Shown: positions 13,954 to 26,611 of the stretch, piece by piece
Numbering within the stretch: position 1 is the first letter of the stretch
How the letters are laid out: every line of letters begins with the position of its first letter
NCBI GenBank assembly: GCA_001724245.1
Contig: MEDX01000014.1
Span: 1-49,728 of the forward strand
DNA length: 49,728 nt
Reading direction: 5' to 3'
DNA from: Fonticula-like sp. SCN 57-25
Lineage: Eukaryota
Program-made: the position numbers and the translations under genes
The notes under the pieces: generated by a model
The model's input: only the letters and a program-made list of their open reading frames with translations
Told to the model about the DNA's origin: nothing
Database searches by the model: none

Positions 13954-15122
13954 TTAAACACCCAAGGCCATATCCTTCTTGATCTCAGCAATGGCGAGAC
14001 CGGGGTTGAGGCCCTTGGGGCAGGTGCGGGTGCAGTTCATAATCGTGTGACACCGGTACAAGGAGAAGGGGTCCTGGAGCTTGGCGCGGCGCTCAGCACC
14101 AAACTCGTCCTAAAGCACGAATGAGAAAAACAAGAAATAAGAGGAGATGTCTCCAAAGGCGCACTCTGCTGTCAGCCATCCACCGGTACGCCTGCAAAAG
14201 GACGGCAGGGCCCAGGTACTTGTCCTGGTTCCACCAGTAGCTAGGGCACGAAGTACTGCAGCAAGCGCAAAGGATGCACTCGTACAGACCGTCGAGCTTG
14301 GCACGGTCCTCAATCGTCTGGAGGTTCTCCTTGGTGGGGTCCGCAAGAGGCGCCTTCTGCTTGAGCCAGGGCTCAATCGACTTGTATTGCTTGTAGAAAT
14401 TGTTCATGTCGGGCACAAGATCCTTAATCACATACATGTGAGGAAGAGGGTAGATCTTGACTGCAATACACCCAATGGCGCATTAGCACAATACTCTGAA
14501 AAAGGAATGGTGCGTCATACCTGGGCTACCAGTCTCGATGTGGCAGAGGCACGCAAGCGTGTTGCTGCCGTTGATGTTCATGGCGCACGAGCCACAGATA
14601 CCCTCGCGGCACGAGCGGCGGAAGGTGAGGGTGGGGTCAACCTCGTTCTTGATCTTGATAAGAGCGTCCAGGATCATCGGGCCGCACTTGGACAGGTCAA
14701 TTGTGAACGTCTCAAGACGGGGCTTGTCATTGGGAACCTCGGGGTTCTGCGCACGGGTTAGTACCGGCGCCGCTAAGGGATTAAAAAAACGAGAGCAACG
14801 AGCAAACAACATAATAAAAGCCAACTGCTCAAATTTTACCCAGCTAATTATAATCGAATCCCAACGTGTGCTGGACTGCGTAACATACCCAGCGGTAAAT
14901 CTGGAACTCCTGCATGCGCGGGGCAGGAGCGTCCGGGGCAGCGGCCGCAGCCGAAGCAGTCTCGCTCTTGGGAACAATCGTCGCCTGGAGAGCAGGGGCG
15001 CTCACGCCAAAGGCGCGCGCCTACACGCAACAAAAAGCCCATTCAGCACAAGGTCCATTTCAAGGGAAAGGTCGTACGTTGCGAGCAAGGAGTGACGTCG
15101 AACGGGCAAATGCCGGGATCAT
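13954..15122 (-). CDS. SDHB: Succinate dehydrogenase iron-sulfur subunit, mitochondrial
   Basis: [60 protein letters not shown]; presequence [14 protein letters not shown]; several introns. Confidence 0.97.
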
Positions 15123-16234
15123 TTTTCTCCTCTTTACTAAAAAAAGGCAAAGGTTCAGCCGACTGTCTCGCTTAACAAAATTGCCTGTAGGCGTCGCCAC
15201 TGGGTCACAATGGCGGCCAGTCACTGGGAAAGCGTACCAGGCCCGCGCCGAAGAAGGTCGGAAAAAAGCGGAAAGAACAAAATCAAGGGCAGAGCCAAGG
15301 GCAGAGTTTGCAGTTGTATCAGTTTTCTTTTTTATCACATGGGGCAATGTAAAATCTGGGGTGGACTTTTTTGTTCATCATTTTCTCGTTGCTCGGTCCC
15401 TCGTGGCACATTTGCTTTTTCTCCCTCCAACATGGTCGAGTCTTAAAGTCTTGCCAAGGTAGCTATTCACATGGCTTGTTCCAACGAAAGCACTCGGATA
15501 AACGAGTAAAGCTGCTCAGGTACGTCTTATTTGTATTTTTTAGAGTGAACAGTTTCTTTGAGCATATGATGACATTTTTCTATTCACACTGTATGAATCT
15601 CTGCATGTTTACCATTCTGCAATCCTGATGCTCCTATAATTATAAGCACTTGTTTCTCGTATTTCATTGAATACGTCTCTAACGCCTTTGTTTGGCAGAA
15701 TCATGCTAGTTTAAGTTTGACCTATTCAAGAGCCAACCCCTATCGTCGGTGTCGGGTGCGTTGCGAACCTCTCTGTAGCTCTTTATGTGCCCTTGCATAT
15801 TATGATGAGTATAAAGCGTAGAGGCTGTTTATGAGTCCTATGATTTTATTTTACTACGTTCCTGATCCCCCTCTTTTTATTTTACTTTGCCGCTCTTTTT
15901 TTATCGCTTTACTCATGCTCGCTCTTTCCGCCCCAGACGCCGCTGCGGTTACGAACTTCCCGGTGTCAGCATAGTCCGCGGCATGACCCTGCCAAGACAT
16001 GCGATTGTCCGCCATAAACCGAGGTGCTTTTGCGGGTCTTTGTCTTTTGTCGCATCCTGTTGTCAGGATATGCAAGGGACTTGTCCGCGGCCAATGGCCA
16101 TATCTAGTTCATTGAGGATTATATAGTATGGTACCGAAATGTATTCAACAGAGAAAAAAATATACTATATTCAACCGAACAACTTTGTTTTACATCGTGA
16201 ACAATGATACTGCACATTTCAACTACTGAGTGTC

Positions 16235-16976
16235 TTACTCTACAGGTGTGCTGAGATCCCGCGCCTTCCGTCTATCCGCCAGCATCTTGACCCTCGTTTC
16301 CATTTCATCCACGCAATCTTTCAAATCATCAATGAAAGCCACAGCTAAAGAGAAAAAACACAAGAAAGTGTGAGTGAGCGCAAAGAACACACTCGCTTAG
16401 CACCGTACCACTGGACAGCAAGTTTCCCTTGGTGGCCTTTGTAAATGTCTCATCAATGGGCAGCAGGTCTTTAAGCTCCTCAAAGAGCGCTCCCATATCT
16501 TTCCTCCTCTTGCGTTCGGCCATGCGGTGACTCATCCTTGTGGGGACATGTTGCCCCGACGATGTTGTCCCTTCTCCGGGCCCGCCGCCAACTTGCACTC
16601 TTGATAGTTGTTTACGTGTCAAGTGGTGCCTCCGCAAAGCGCCGCGTGGATGAGCTCCACCAATTGCATAGACAGTCTCACCCTCGCTCCCGTCATCACC
16701 TACTTCCGGATCAGCAATCTCGTCGTCGTCGTCGTCGTCGTCGAGATCCCCTTCCGAGGACGAGTCGGTATTTTCGGACAACAATCCGCTGGCGGCAGCT
16801 GGGGTAGTTGCGGTGCTCGCAGTGGGAATGTCCGAAGCAGTTATAACAAGAACGGGACCGGGCAATGCGGGAGCAGAGGGGGAGGGATCCCTGGCAGTGT
16901 CGGTTTTGCCGCCCGATGGTTCCACCTCAGCGTCATTCTCGCTTGAAGAATGCTTCCGCTTCAAGCTCGTCTCCAT
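16235..16976 (-). CDS. bHLH(-ZIP) transcription factor, class B E-box binder
   Basis: Basic region SHRMAERKRRKDMGALFEELKDLLP (H-E-R), helix 2 KATKGNLLSS|AVAFIDDLKD across intron ~16408-16344, zipper-like tail, acidic N-terminal part; 5' end may extend upstream. Confidence 0.82.
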
Positions 16977-17528
16977 AGGAGAGACAGGTAGACAAAAGAC
17001 AAACAATGCGTGAAATAAAACGAAATATCCCTACGGTGGCCCGGCTGGTTCTGCAGTGCTGGCCTGCCCTCAATGGCACAAACGGCACCCGGTGTTGGGG
17101 TACGTTCACAGGGAGTATGATAGGTCTGACGTGGTTGGCTGTTGATCGATTTGGCTGCGTTTCCATTGGCGCGCGGATCATTTGACTGTTGTTGATTGGC
17201 TGCAGCTGCTCAGCTGGTCCGGGACCTGGCTCGGGCCTGCAACTTGAGGATGGGTGATGGACAAGAAAGGCAGGCGGCACGCTGCTTGACCAGAATTTAA
17301 AGGGCAACTGTGTATTCGGTGAACAATGAAAGAACAACACCGCGCATTAAATATTTCAAGTACTCCTCTTTGGGGTGTGCCACTAGCAAGACAAAAAGGC
17401 ACACCTGCCATATCCATACCTAAAAAGCTGGTCTCGAAAAAAAAAAGTATATTCGAATTTAATACAATACGACAAACAAAAAAGTGACCCCGCGGAACAA
17501 ACTGCGACCTCTTGGAAACATGTTAGCC

Positions 17529-18444
17529 TTACGACCGCTCCTCGCACCAGTCGTTCTCCTTGCGCACGAGCTCCTCTTCCTCGGGCGTAAAGTCGTTCTT
17601 GATGTTAAAAATGCGGCGAATCTCTTCAGGTGTCTTGCCTACGCACATCATAAAAGTGAGAAAAACCCACAGGACAAGTGTCCACTGTACCCTTGATCAT
17701 GTTGGCGACCGTCTTGCACGTCAAGTCGAGAAGGGGCTTAATGTCCATGTAGTTTGCGGCCTAAGCACGGCAGTTCGTTAGCACACTATAAAGATATCCA
17801 CTCAAAGATATCATTAAAGGGACCAAAATGGTAAAGAAAAACGACGAAACATAAAGACCGATTCCCACCTCCCTGAAAGCTACCCGCACAAAGAAAAAGG
17901 CTGTCGTACAAGAATAAGCTCGAAAAGTGTGCCTTGATCAACCTTGCAAAACTCAAAGTCCCATTCTGAGATATCGTCGGTGCGCTTGGAGACCGATTCG
18001 TCCTCGGGCTGCGGCGGCGGGTCGCTACGGTGACGTGTGCACCACTCCACCACCTTCTGAAGAATCGGCGCCGAAACGTTCATGAGCGGAATGGCCTGGT
18101 CGCTCTCGCCAAAATCTGACAAAGCAAAGAAATGTAAATGGTCCACGAAGATGAAGGCAAAAATAGGGCTCCGAGCGAAAGTGGGAACAAAACACGAAAA
18201 GGAAGACGTTAACTGAATAGAATACAAAGAATGCCCACAGAGATGGCAACAGAAAGTGCCTTTCTGGACGGCAATGAAAAAGAACAATACTAAACAGTAC
18301 AGCAATGTCCCCCCCACACTAAAAAATATCCACATAACGCGCCATACCTTCGATCATGTTCTTGATAAGAACAGACTTTTCAGCCACATCGCGCGGGACG
18401 CGGACCTCATGGTCGTCCGAACTCATAAGTCGCACTTCGGCCAT
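17529..18444 (-). CDS. SKP1: SCF ubiquitin ligase subunit Skp1
   Basis: [76 protein letters not shown]; 3 introns. Confidence 0.97.
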
Positions 18445-18604
18445 TATTCGTCTTTCAATATTGACAAAGAAAATTCACTGCCCTTTCCACAGTCTTTCAC
18501 GACTCTCCAAGAAACGCAGACAAGGCCTACGTCAGAGGAAGCCAAGGTTAACGGATCAACGCGGCCGCCTACCGAACCGATCCAAGACGAATCAGCTTTG
18601 GTGA

Positions 18605-18624
18605 TGACGTCAGATGTGACGTCA
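18605..18624. promoter_or_regulatory. Two perfect CRE/ATF palindromes (TGACGTCA) upstream of SKP1
   Basis: TGACGTCA at 18605-18612 and 18617-18624, ~160 bp upstream of the SKP1 ATG. Confidence 0.55.
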
Positions 18625-18669
18625 GCTACTCCTAGAATAGGGTGTGTACAGTAATCGACTAATCGTAGA

Positions 18670-18698
18670 CTAGACGGAAGCTAGACGGAAGCTAGACG
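18670..18698. repeat. Short 11-bp tandem repeat (TAGACGGAAGC x~2.6)
   Basis: tagacggaagc tagacggaagc tagacgg. Confidence 0.75.
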
Positions 18699-19028
18699 GT
18701 AACTCCAAACTAGAAGCAACTGAAGCAACGATGCACCAACAGGCCGACGGCTCCACGCAGCCATGATAGCGCGGCTCAAGCAAAAAATGGCCATAGTAAT
18801 ATTTTACCGTTCACATCATCCAAGAATAGTAGGTTCCCATCGCCACGACGACGGCAAAAAGTACTGCCGCAAAGGCCATCTGAAAGGTAAAAAAACTTTA
18901 AGGCAGTTCAAAGGGGTGGTACTAATCAAAACACAGTAACCCATGCAATTTTATTAATGCATAATAATCATGATGAGCTGCGAGCAAAGGACGCTATGCG
19001 TAGTGTGCGTGGCTTCTGCCGCCACTCG

Positions 19029-19629
19029 TTAGAAGAACGAAAGGGCGGAGGCAACGGCGGCAAGCAGTGCAGTCACCGAGGCAAACGCCACGGTCTGGAA
19101 GCCGCTGCTGCACTCAAGCTTGACGGACGCGTTGACAGAGGCGGTGCACTGGCCGTCGTCTTGAGTGGTGGTGAGGCAGCCCTCGGAGCAAGCGTTGTCA
19201 GAGCACGTCGCGGTGGTCACCTTCCCACCAGAGCAGGTGTGCTTGCGGTACGAGGAACCAACGGCGATGCAGGAATCAGCAAGCTCACCGGCAATACCAG
19301 TGTACTCACCACTGCAGTCGGTGTTATCATAGGTCAGGTGCAACACATACTGGCCGCTGGCCCTGGGAGGGTAAATCGACTCGGTGCAAACGGTAGAGGC
19401 GGTGACGCCGGCCACGGACGTGCAGACGTCCACGGGAGTCGGGCAAGTTCCAATGCCAGTGGTGAAACTGAACGGAACATCGTCGCACATTGCATTCTTG
19501 TCTAAAAGAGGATGTCAGTGCGTGATGCAGATGTTTCGGTCGCAACGTACGAAACCCGACGACTGAGTTGAGCGCAGAAGCGCAGGCGACGAGGCCAAGA
19601 AGGACGACGGCGGTGGAGCGAGCAACCAT
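19029..19629 (-). CDS. Small Cys-rich secreted, probably GPI-anchored surface protein
   Basis: Signal peptide MVARSTAVVLLGLVACASA, intron 19550-19502, about 12 Cys, C-terminal SSG followed by hydrophobic tail VAFASVTALLAAVASALSFF. Confidence 0.78.
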
Positions 19630-19987
19630 TTTCACTGTTATAGGGAAGGCGACTGGGAGAAGACTGAATTGAGCTTTTATGGGGGTGGGGGGAAAACGTT
19701 TTTCGGACGTTTCTGATCCGAAAAATATGTGAACGGTTCGCATGAAAGTTTTGATCTCGACCAATCACCACGCAACTGTTGCCTCAATTAGGGTTCCGAT
19801 CAGACATTCCATTTCTTCGGAATTTGATAGGGTTCTGTAGGTAATTTTTGTTCCGCAATAGGCAGTGTAAAGTAAGGGGCACGACAGTCGTACGATAACT
19901 GTCTCCTGTCACAAAATTCCAGAGAAATTCCAAGAGGTTCCATTCAAATTTACTCAAAAGCAGAATGCTACAATATTTTTATTTATA

Positions 19988-22900
19988 TCACGCACTAATC
20001 ATAACGACTCCATCGCTCCCGGCCGCAGCCGGTGCGGGTATCCCGCGATCAGGAACATACTCTGTCACTCTCGGCACCATGGTAATGCAATCATAGATCG
20101 GACAGACGGAGAGGCAGAGCGTGCATCCCGTGCAGTCGTCGGTCACCGTGGGCAGATGTGTCTGCGCATCAAACGTAATGGCCTGATAGCCCGCGTCGTT
20201 GCACGTCATGTAGCACTTGCCGCAGTTGATGCAGCGCTCGTCATTGACGACCGCTACGACTTGCGCCTTGTTGTCGAGCTTGCTGTAGGGGCCCAGGCGT
20301 CCGAGCGCCTTGCCAACCAGCTCGTTCAGGCGCGGTACCGCGCGCGCGACCGCAGGCGCTGGGCGCACCAGATGAGCCTCCGACTCAGTCTCCGCCGCCA
20401 GCACGTCAGGAACGCTGAGCGGTCCATCCGCGGCAGCCACCTCTGCTTGTCGCTGAGCACGACGCGCGCGTTCGTAAGGCCCAAAACGCGGGAGTCGCTT
20501 GGTTGAATCGGCTGCGGACGAGACGGTCTCTGACGAACGAATATGGCTCTGCCCGTCCCAGACGCTCGTGTCGGCGAGGTCGGCGCGCGCCTGCATGTAC
20601 AGGAGGCACTGCAGGCCCGTCGTGTAGTCCTGCACGACCGTAAGGTCCTGATTCTGAACCGCCGAGCAGATCTGGACGACGCTGGCGCCGCAGTAGAGGA
20701 ACTCGAGAACGCTCTCGGCAGTGTCGGCGCCGCCCGTCGCGAGGACAGGGTAGTCGGGGAAACGCTGAGCAATTGCTGACACTGCACGCAGTGCAATCGG
20801 CCGGACGGCGACGCCCGATACGCCGCCGTAGGTGGTACGCTTGCTGGCGCCGACGGCAGGCCAAGGCTCCGCAGAGTGCGGGCGCATGCTCATCAGCCCG
20901 CTGACCGTATTGACCGCCGTCACGCCAGTCGCTCCGCCGTCCCGTGCGGCGCCCGCAATGAGAGTAACGTCTGTGATGTTGGGCGTCATCTTTGCAAAGA
21001 AGGGCACAGTGCAAACTTCCTTGACCCACTTGCAAATGTCATGCACAAGGTCCTCCCTCTGGCCGCACGCAAGCCCCATGCCGCGCTCACCCATACCGTG
21101 TGGGCAGCTCAGGTTCAGCTCCACGGCGTCCGCACCGGCCGCGCACGACTTGCGTACGAGCTCCTGCCAATCTTCCTTGACAAAGGCGGCCATGACAGAG
21201 GCGATAATGATGCGGTCCGGAAAGTCCTGCTTCAGCTCGCGGATGGACTCGCACCAGTACTCGGCGCTCTTCTCGGAAATGAGCTCGATGTTGAGGAAGC
21301 TCGTCTGGCCGGGGCCGTACTTGGGCCCGCTCGTTGTGCCGCGGACAATGCGCGGGCTCACGTTTGTCACCCAGTCGCGCTCAACGGCAAAGGTCTTGGT
21401 GACGGCGAATCCCCAGCCGGCCTCAAAGGCTCGGCGAATGATGCTTGCCGACGTGCACGGCGTCGCGCTCGCAAGCCCAAACGGATTGGGGAAACGGAGG
21501 CCGGCCGTCGTCACCGACAGGTCCACCTTGTCAATCTCGGTGAAGAAGCCGGGAAGCTTGGCGACATTACCGACATCAATGCCGCTCAAGGACTGCACAA
21601 AGCGGTGCAGGTGCCACGACGCAGTCTTTCCGTCGTTGACGGCCTCCACGGTGGTCGACGAGCCAACGATATCGCCACCACAAAAGACCCACGGGGCGTC
21701 AAGTGATGTGCCAGAGAGCGGATCGTAGGCGGCCAGGCCCGACATGTCGCTCACCTTGAGCGGCGCCATGGCTGAGAGCACCTCGGCGCTGCCAACATGG
21801 GACCCAAAAGCGCTCACAATGTGGTCGCAGCGCACGCGGATCAGCTGGTCGTCGTCGCGCACGTACTCGCCCGTCTCCAGATCCTTCTCCATCTTGTACA
21901 TTTCAAGCGCATGCACGCGCCCGTCGCGCATAATCACCTGGCGAGGTGCACAGTAGGGCAAGAATTCGCATTTTTCGTGGATTGCGTGCTCCACCTCCTC
22001 GGGCACCGCGCGAATATCCGTGAATCCGCGGCGGAACACCACCGTCACGCGCGATGCACCGCAGCGGAAAGCGCTTCCTGCGCAATCAAACGCCGTGTCT
22101 CCAGCTCCCAGCACAATCACCCTGCCGCGGAGGTCGGGCATCGCGGCCGCTGCAGCAGTGGCCGTTTCGGATTTCGCCCCAGAGCCGCAGCCGCCGCAGC
22201 TTCCACCGCTGCAGCCGCCAGCGCTGGAGAGGCGCGGCTTGGACGCCAGCGAGACCGCCGGAAGGAGATCCTTCGAAGTCCAGAAGCCCTGCTCAGTCGT
22301 GATGCCGTTAAAGGCCGCGTCCACCTTGGCGTCGGGCGCGCCGATGCCGACAAACACGGCCACATAGCCCTCATTGTGAAGCGACTGGACCGTAAAGTCG
22401 CGCCCGAGAGCCTTATCATAGACGATCTTGACACCAAGGTCAAGCATGAGCTGAATTTCAAAAGACACAGCGGCGAAGGGGAGTCGATACTGCGGGATCT
22501 CGGAAGAAGAGAGGCCGCCGGCGTACTTGCCCTTTTCAAAGATGGTCAGGTCGGTGTAGCCGAGGCGCGCCAGGAATGTTGCGCAGGAGATGGACGATGG
22601 GCCAGCACCAACAAGCGCAATCTTGCTGCGGTACGACGCGGGGAGCGACGACAAAGGGGGGAGCGAGGGGTCGCGGATCTGCGCAACGCGCATCTTTTTA
22701 AAGGTCTCAACCGCAAAGTGCTGCAGGCCACCGATATCTACAAACACCAAAGCGTCAGTCGCAAAAAATCAACATATATACAAGCAACGTACTAATTGCG
22801 CCCTCCTCAACGGCGGCGAGATTGCAGCCGCCAACGCAGAGGTCGCTTGTGGGGCAGACCATGCCGCACGTCAGACCGCACGGGTTGTCGGACAAGATGA

Positions 22901-23289
22901 GCTTGGCCGCCCCGTAAAAATTCTTGGAGGCAATACAGGAAATGAATGCCTTGATATCCAGCTGGGTCGGGCAGCTCTTCTGGCAAGGCGCGTCAGCGCA
23001 CTTGAGGCATCGCTGCGCTTCAGCGAGCGCCGCCCGCTCGGTCAACGTCGTCGGCTTGATGTCGCTGAAGTCATTCTTGAATTGCGATCCCTGCAGCAAA
23101 CAACAAAAGGGTAAATACATGGTCAAAGGGGCATGCGGCATAGCGTACGTGGATAGGGATATTGCGCTTGAAATGCGCCTTGGTCTTGTGCGTTTCGCGG
23201 CTCGGCTTGACCGTTGCGTGGGTGTAGACCTTGGGATTCAGCGCGAGATCCTCGATATCCTTTACACCGGAAACTTTGAGCAAACTCAT
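19988..23289 (-). CDS. DPYD: Dihydropyrimidine dehydrogenase [NADP+], single-chain animal type
   Basis: [14 protein letters not shown] and [15 protein letters not shown] Fe-S motifs, [11 protein letters not shown] (FAD), [11 protein letters not shown] (NADPH), [16 protein letters not shown] active loop, C-terminal [23 protein letters not shown]; introns 23148-23091 and 22792-22738. Confidence 0.97.
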
Positions 23290-23671
23290 TGCTGCTTAAC
23301 TATTCGGATCAACACTACTTGATCGCGGTAAACGCTCGTGCACTAGCTGGCGCACCCGGACGTTGGTCCAGGGTCACACGGCCAACGCGCTGTGGGAGAA
23401 AACAACGAAAGTGATAAGGAACGAAAGGGGCTCAACATGTTTAAGTGTTATCTGATTGGTCCGATTTTCTGCTTCTCGACCAAAATAGGAAACGGGAGTG
23501 ATCGAATTCCGAAACACATTCCAGGTACACGCTGTGCGCCATTCTTTCTTTCAATTCTTTTCCATGCTATCCATACCCGGGTATCCATGGATAATGCGGG
23601 CAACGTATGATACATTTAAAGCGCGTTGCATACAAAAGTTGCTCTTACAATAGGTAGCGTATTGATCATAC

Positions 23672-24838
23672 TTACTCTGACTTTCCAATGAGAGGGTCAC
23701 GAATAAGCGGCCACTTGTAGTCCTCCTTGACGTATTCCGTGAGGGAAGCTGCGTACATGTCGTACCGTGCCGTCATAGCAAATCCCCACTTGTCGCGCAC
23801 CTGCCTGCACATGTTCAGATCGCAGTCAGCAAGCAGCACGCCATCCCTCACGCGCGACAGCCCCGGCGTTCTGCTGGCATCGGGCGCGGCGACGTAGCTG
23901 CTGCCGTAAAAGGCGCCAAAGTCCTTGTGAGCCGGCTTGCCATCGCCAGAGGTAAACTCATTCGGAAAGGTCTCCGTGCCAACTCGGTTGATGCTCGCGA
24001 CAAACACTGAATTGGCGATAGCGGCGGTGCGGCCCTCCAGGCCCCACATCGGCTCCGAGAGTGCGCCGACGGTGGCGGAAGGGTTAAAGATGATTTGCGC
24101 GCCGTTCAGCGCGTACATCATCCAGTTCATCGGAAAGTGGCGGCCGTAGCAAATGTTAATTCCAATGCGGCCATACTCAGTCTCAAACACGGGATGCCCG
24201 TCGGTGCCCTCCATGTAGTACGTGCTCTCATTAAAATCGCCGACCCGCGGGATGTGGTTCTTGCGGTGCTTGCCGATGTAGTTGCCCCGGTTGCCAATAA
24301 CAACCGCCGTATTCCAAATGACATCCTGGTGCACGGCGTCGCGCTCAAGCATCGGGGAAATGATAACCATGTTGTACTGCCGCGCCTTGCGCTGAAGGAA
24401 CACGGTGGGGCGGCCGGTGACAGCATCTTCGGCAAACTCGGTCCACGGAAGGCGCTCACGAGTGCACATGAAAAACGGGCAGTGCCACGCCTCCTGCAAA
24501 CAGAGAATGTTTGCGCCCGCCTGGCCAGCCGCGTCCACAAGCTCCTCCACACGACGCTCCAGAGCAGAATACTGCTCATCCACAGTCGCCGTCGTGGGAG
24601 CAACAATCGCATTCTGCAAGACCGCCACGCGAACAACATTAGGCTGACGGCGCTGCTCGGCCGCCGCAGTCAGCTCATAGCCGGCCAAGTCAAAGTTGCC
24701 GCTGCTTGCAAGTGACTGCGCCTCGGAAGGAAGCGTGACCGGACGGCCGCCGCTGCCGTACAGGACGCGCATCACCTCTGAGCGGGAGGGCTCGGACAGT
24801 TCCGACAGAGTCGATTCGAGGCTCTCAAACGTAGACAT
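23672..24838 (-). CDS. UPB1: Beta-ureidopropionase (beta-alanine synthase), nitrilase fold
   Basis: Intronless; [31 protein letters not shown] (E-K-C triad), [14 protein letters not shown]. Confidence 0.97.
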   Translation of the reverse strand: MSTFESLESTLSELSEPSRSEVMRVLYGSGGRPVTLPSEAQSLASSGNFDLAGYELTAAAEQRRQPNVVRVAVLQNAIVAPTTATVDEQYSALERRVEELVDAAGQAGANILCLQEAWHCPFFMCTRERLPWTEFAEDAVTGRPTVFLQRKARQYNMVIISPMLERDAVHQDVIWNTAVVIGNRGNYIGKHRKNHIPRVGDFNESTYYMEGTDGHPVFETEYGRIGINICYGRHFPMNWMMYALNGAQIIFNPSATVGALSEPMWGLEGRTAAIANSVFVASINRVGTETFPNEFTSGDGKPAHKDFGAFYGSSYVAAPDASRTPGLSRVRDGVLLADCDLNMCRQVRDKWGFAMTARYDMYAASLTEYVKEDYKWPLIRDPLIGKSE

Positions 24839-25045
24839 GATCAACGGCAGTACGTAAACACGAATGAAACGAGTTTATAAAAAGTGACCACTTGGAATCC
24901 CAAAACTGCACCGAGAGCGAGCTCACACTCCCACGGTGCCCTGGCAAACACAATTTTTTAATCGACCAAAAATGTCAGGGCAAGATAAACGAAACAAGCC
25001 AATCAAATCACAGCATTCCTGACAACAGCCGGGGCACGGAGAACG

Positions 25046-26422
25046 ATGCTGCGTCAGGGTGCGACGGGGATCGCGCGCGGCGGCGCCGGCGCTCGTCTTC
25101 TGTCGACCATTCCTTCATTTAACCATACTCCTCCCACGTACACGGGCCCTTCTGCTGAGGAAGTGTTGCGTCTTCGCAAGGAAAATGGGCACCCGAACCT
25201 GTTCCTGTACTACAAGAAGCCGATCGTGGTGTCGAGCGGCCACCGCCAGTACCTTTATGATGAGAAGGGCAAGCGTTATCTCGATATGATTGCAGGCATT
25301 GTGACGGTGAGCGTGGGCCACACCCACCCTCGCCTCGTGGCCAAGCTGACCGAGCAGGCGCAGCGCCTGTGGCACTCGACCACCATCTACCTGAATGATC
25401 AGTTTTCGACGTACGTCCGCGACCTCGCCGCCAAGATGCCGGGGGATCTCAAGTCAGTCTACGTGGTTAACTCTGGAAGCGAGGCCAACGACCTTGCTCT
25501 TGCTATGGCGCGCGTCTACACGGGCGCTGATCAAGTGCTTGCGCTTCGCAACAGCTACCATGGTATGAGCTACGGCGCCAATGGCCTCACGTCCCTTCAC
25601 ACCTGGCGCCACGACATCCCGCTTGGCCAGCACATCACGCACGTTGCCAACCCGGATCCGTACCGCGGAACGCACGGCTCCGATGTGGGCGCGTACCTGA
25701 ACGAGCTCCGCGAGTCGATCCGCTTTGGCGGCAGCGGGCGTGTGGCGGGCCTGTGGGCCGAGCCCATCCAGGGCATCGGAGGCACGAGCGTGCTGCTGCC
25801 CGGCTACCTTCCGGGCGCCGTGGACATTGTGCGCTCCCACGGTGGTCTCTTTGTGGCCGACGAGGTGCAGACGGGCTTTGGCCGCATGGGAACGCACTAC
25901 TGGGGCTTTCAGATGCACGGCGTCATGCCCGACATTGTCGTCATGGCAAAGGGAATCGGCGCCGGGTTCCCCATGGCCGCCGTCGTTACCACGCCAAAGA
26001 TTGCGCAGGCGTTCACCTCGAGGCTCACGTTTAACACGTACGGCGGCAACCCGCTTGCGTGCGCCGTTGGGCAGGAGGTGCTCAAGATCATCGACGACGA
26101 GAAGCTGATGGAAAACTCGCGCGTTGTCGGAGACCACCTCATGAAGGGCCTCGTCAAGCTTATGGACAAGCACAGCATTATTGGAGACGTGCGCGGCGCG
26201 GGTCTCATGCTCGGCGTCGAGTTTGTCAAGGACAGAGCGACCAAGGAGCCGGCCGGCGCAGAGGCCGCCACCGTCATGGAGACGCTCAAGGACAAGGGCG
26301 TCCTCGTTGGCAAGGGTGGCCTGTACGGAAACTGCCTGCGCGTCAAGCCGCCGATGTGCGTCACAAAGGAAGATGCGGACTTTTTCGTCGACATGCTTGA
26401 CGAGTCCATCAAGGCGCTCTAA
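25046..26422 (+). CDS. AGXT2: AGXT2/PYD4-like class III aminotransferase (beta-alanine/beta-aminoisobutyrate:pyruvate), mitochondrial
   Basis: Intronless; Arg-rich presequence; YLDMIAGIVTVSVGH, VNSGSEANDLA, FVADEVQTGFGRMG, PDIVVMAKGIG (PLP lysine), FNTYGGNP. Confidence 0.92.
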   Translation: MLRQGATGIARGGAGARLLSTIPSFNHTPPTYTGPSAEEVLRLRKENGHPNLFLYYKKPIVVSSGHRQYLYDEKGKRYLDMIAGIVTVSVGHTHPRLVAKLTEQAQRLWHSTTIYLNDQFSTYVRDLAAKMPGDLKSVYVVNSGSEANDLALAMARVYTGADQVLALRNSYHGMSYGANGLTSLHTWRHDIPLGQHITHVANPDPYRGTHGSDVGAYLNELRESIRFGGSGRVAGLWAEPIQGIGGTSVLLPGYLPGAVDIVRSHGGLFVADEVQTGFGRMGTHYWGFQMHGVMPDIVVMAKGIGAGFPMAAVVTTPKIAQAFTSRLTFNTYGGNPLACAVGQEVLKIIDDEKLMENSRVVGDHLMKGLVKLMDKHSIIGDVRGAGLMLGVEFVKDRATKEPAGAEAATVMETLKDKGVLVGKGGLYGNCLRVKPPMCVTKEDADFFVDMLDESIKAL

Positions 26423-26611
26423 AGTGACAGTACGGAAACAACAGAGACGCAACGAGTAATGGAATAGTACATTAATGTCTCTTTAATATATTATTGATAA
26501 ATGTTCTTTCCTATATGCCATATGAATGCTTTTTGGTCACATACACAAAAAATCCCACGATGCATCGCACAAAAAAATCTCATGTGTTTCATCGCGTGCA
26601 TGAACCTCGAA

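Noticed and set aside
16977-17417. Possible extra 5' exons of the bHLH gene (ATG 17417, Pro/Gln-rich ORF)
   Set aside because: Could not assemble a convincing frame-consistent splice path into the main exon; needs RNA-seq
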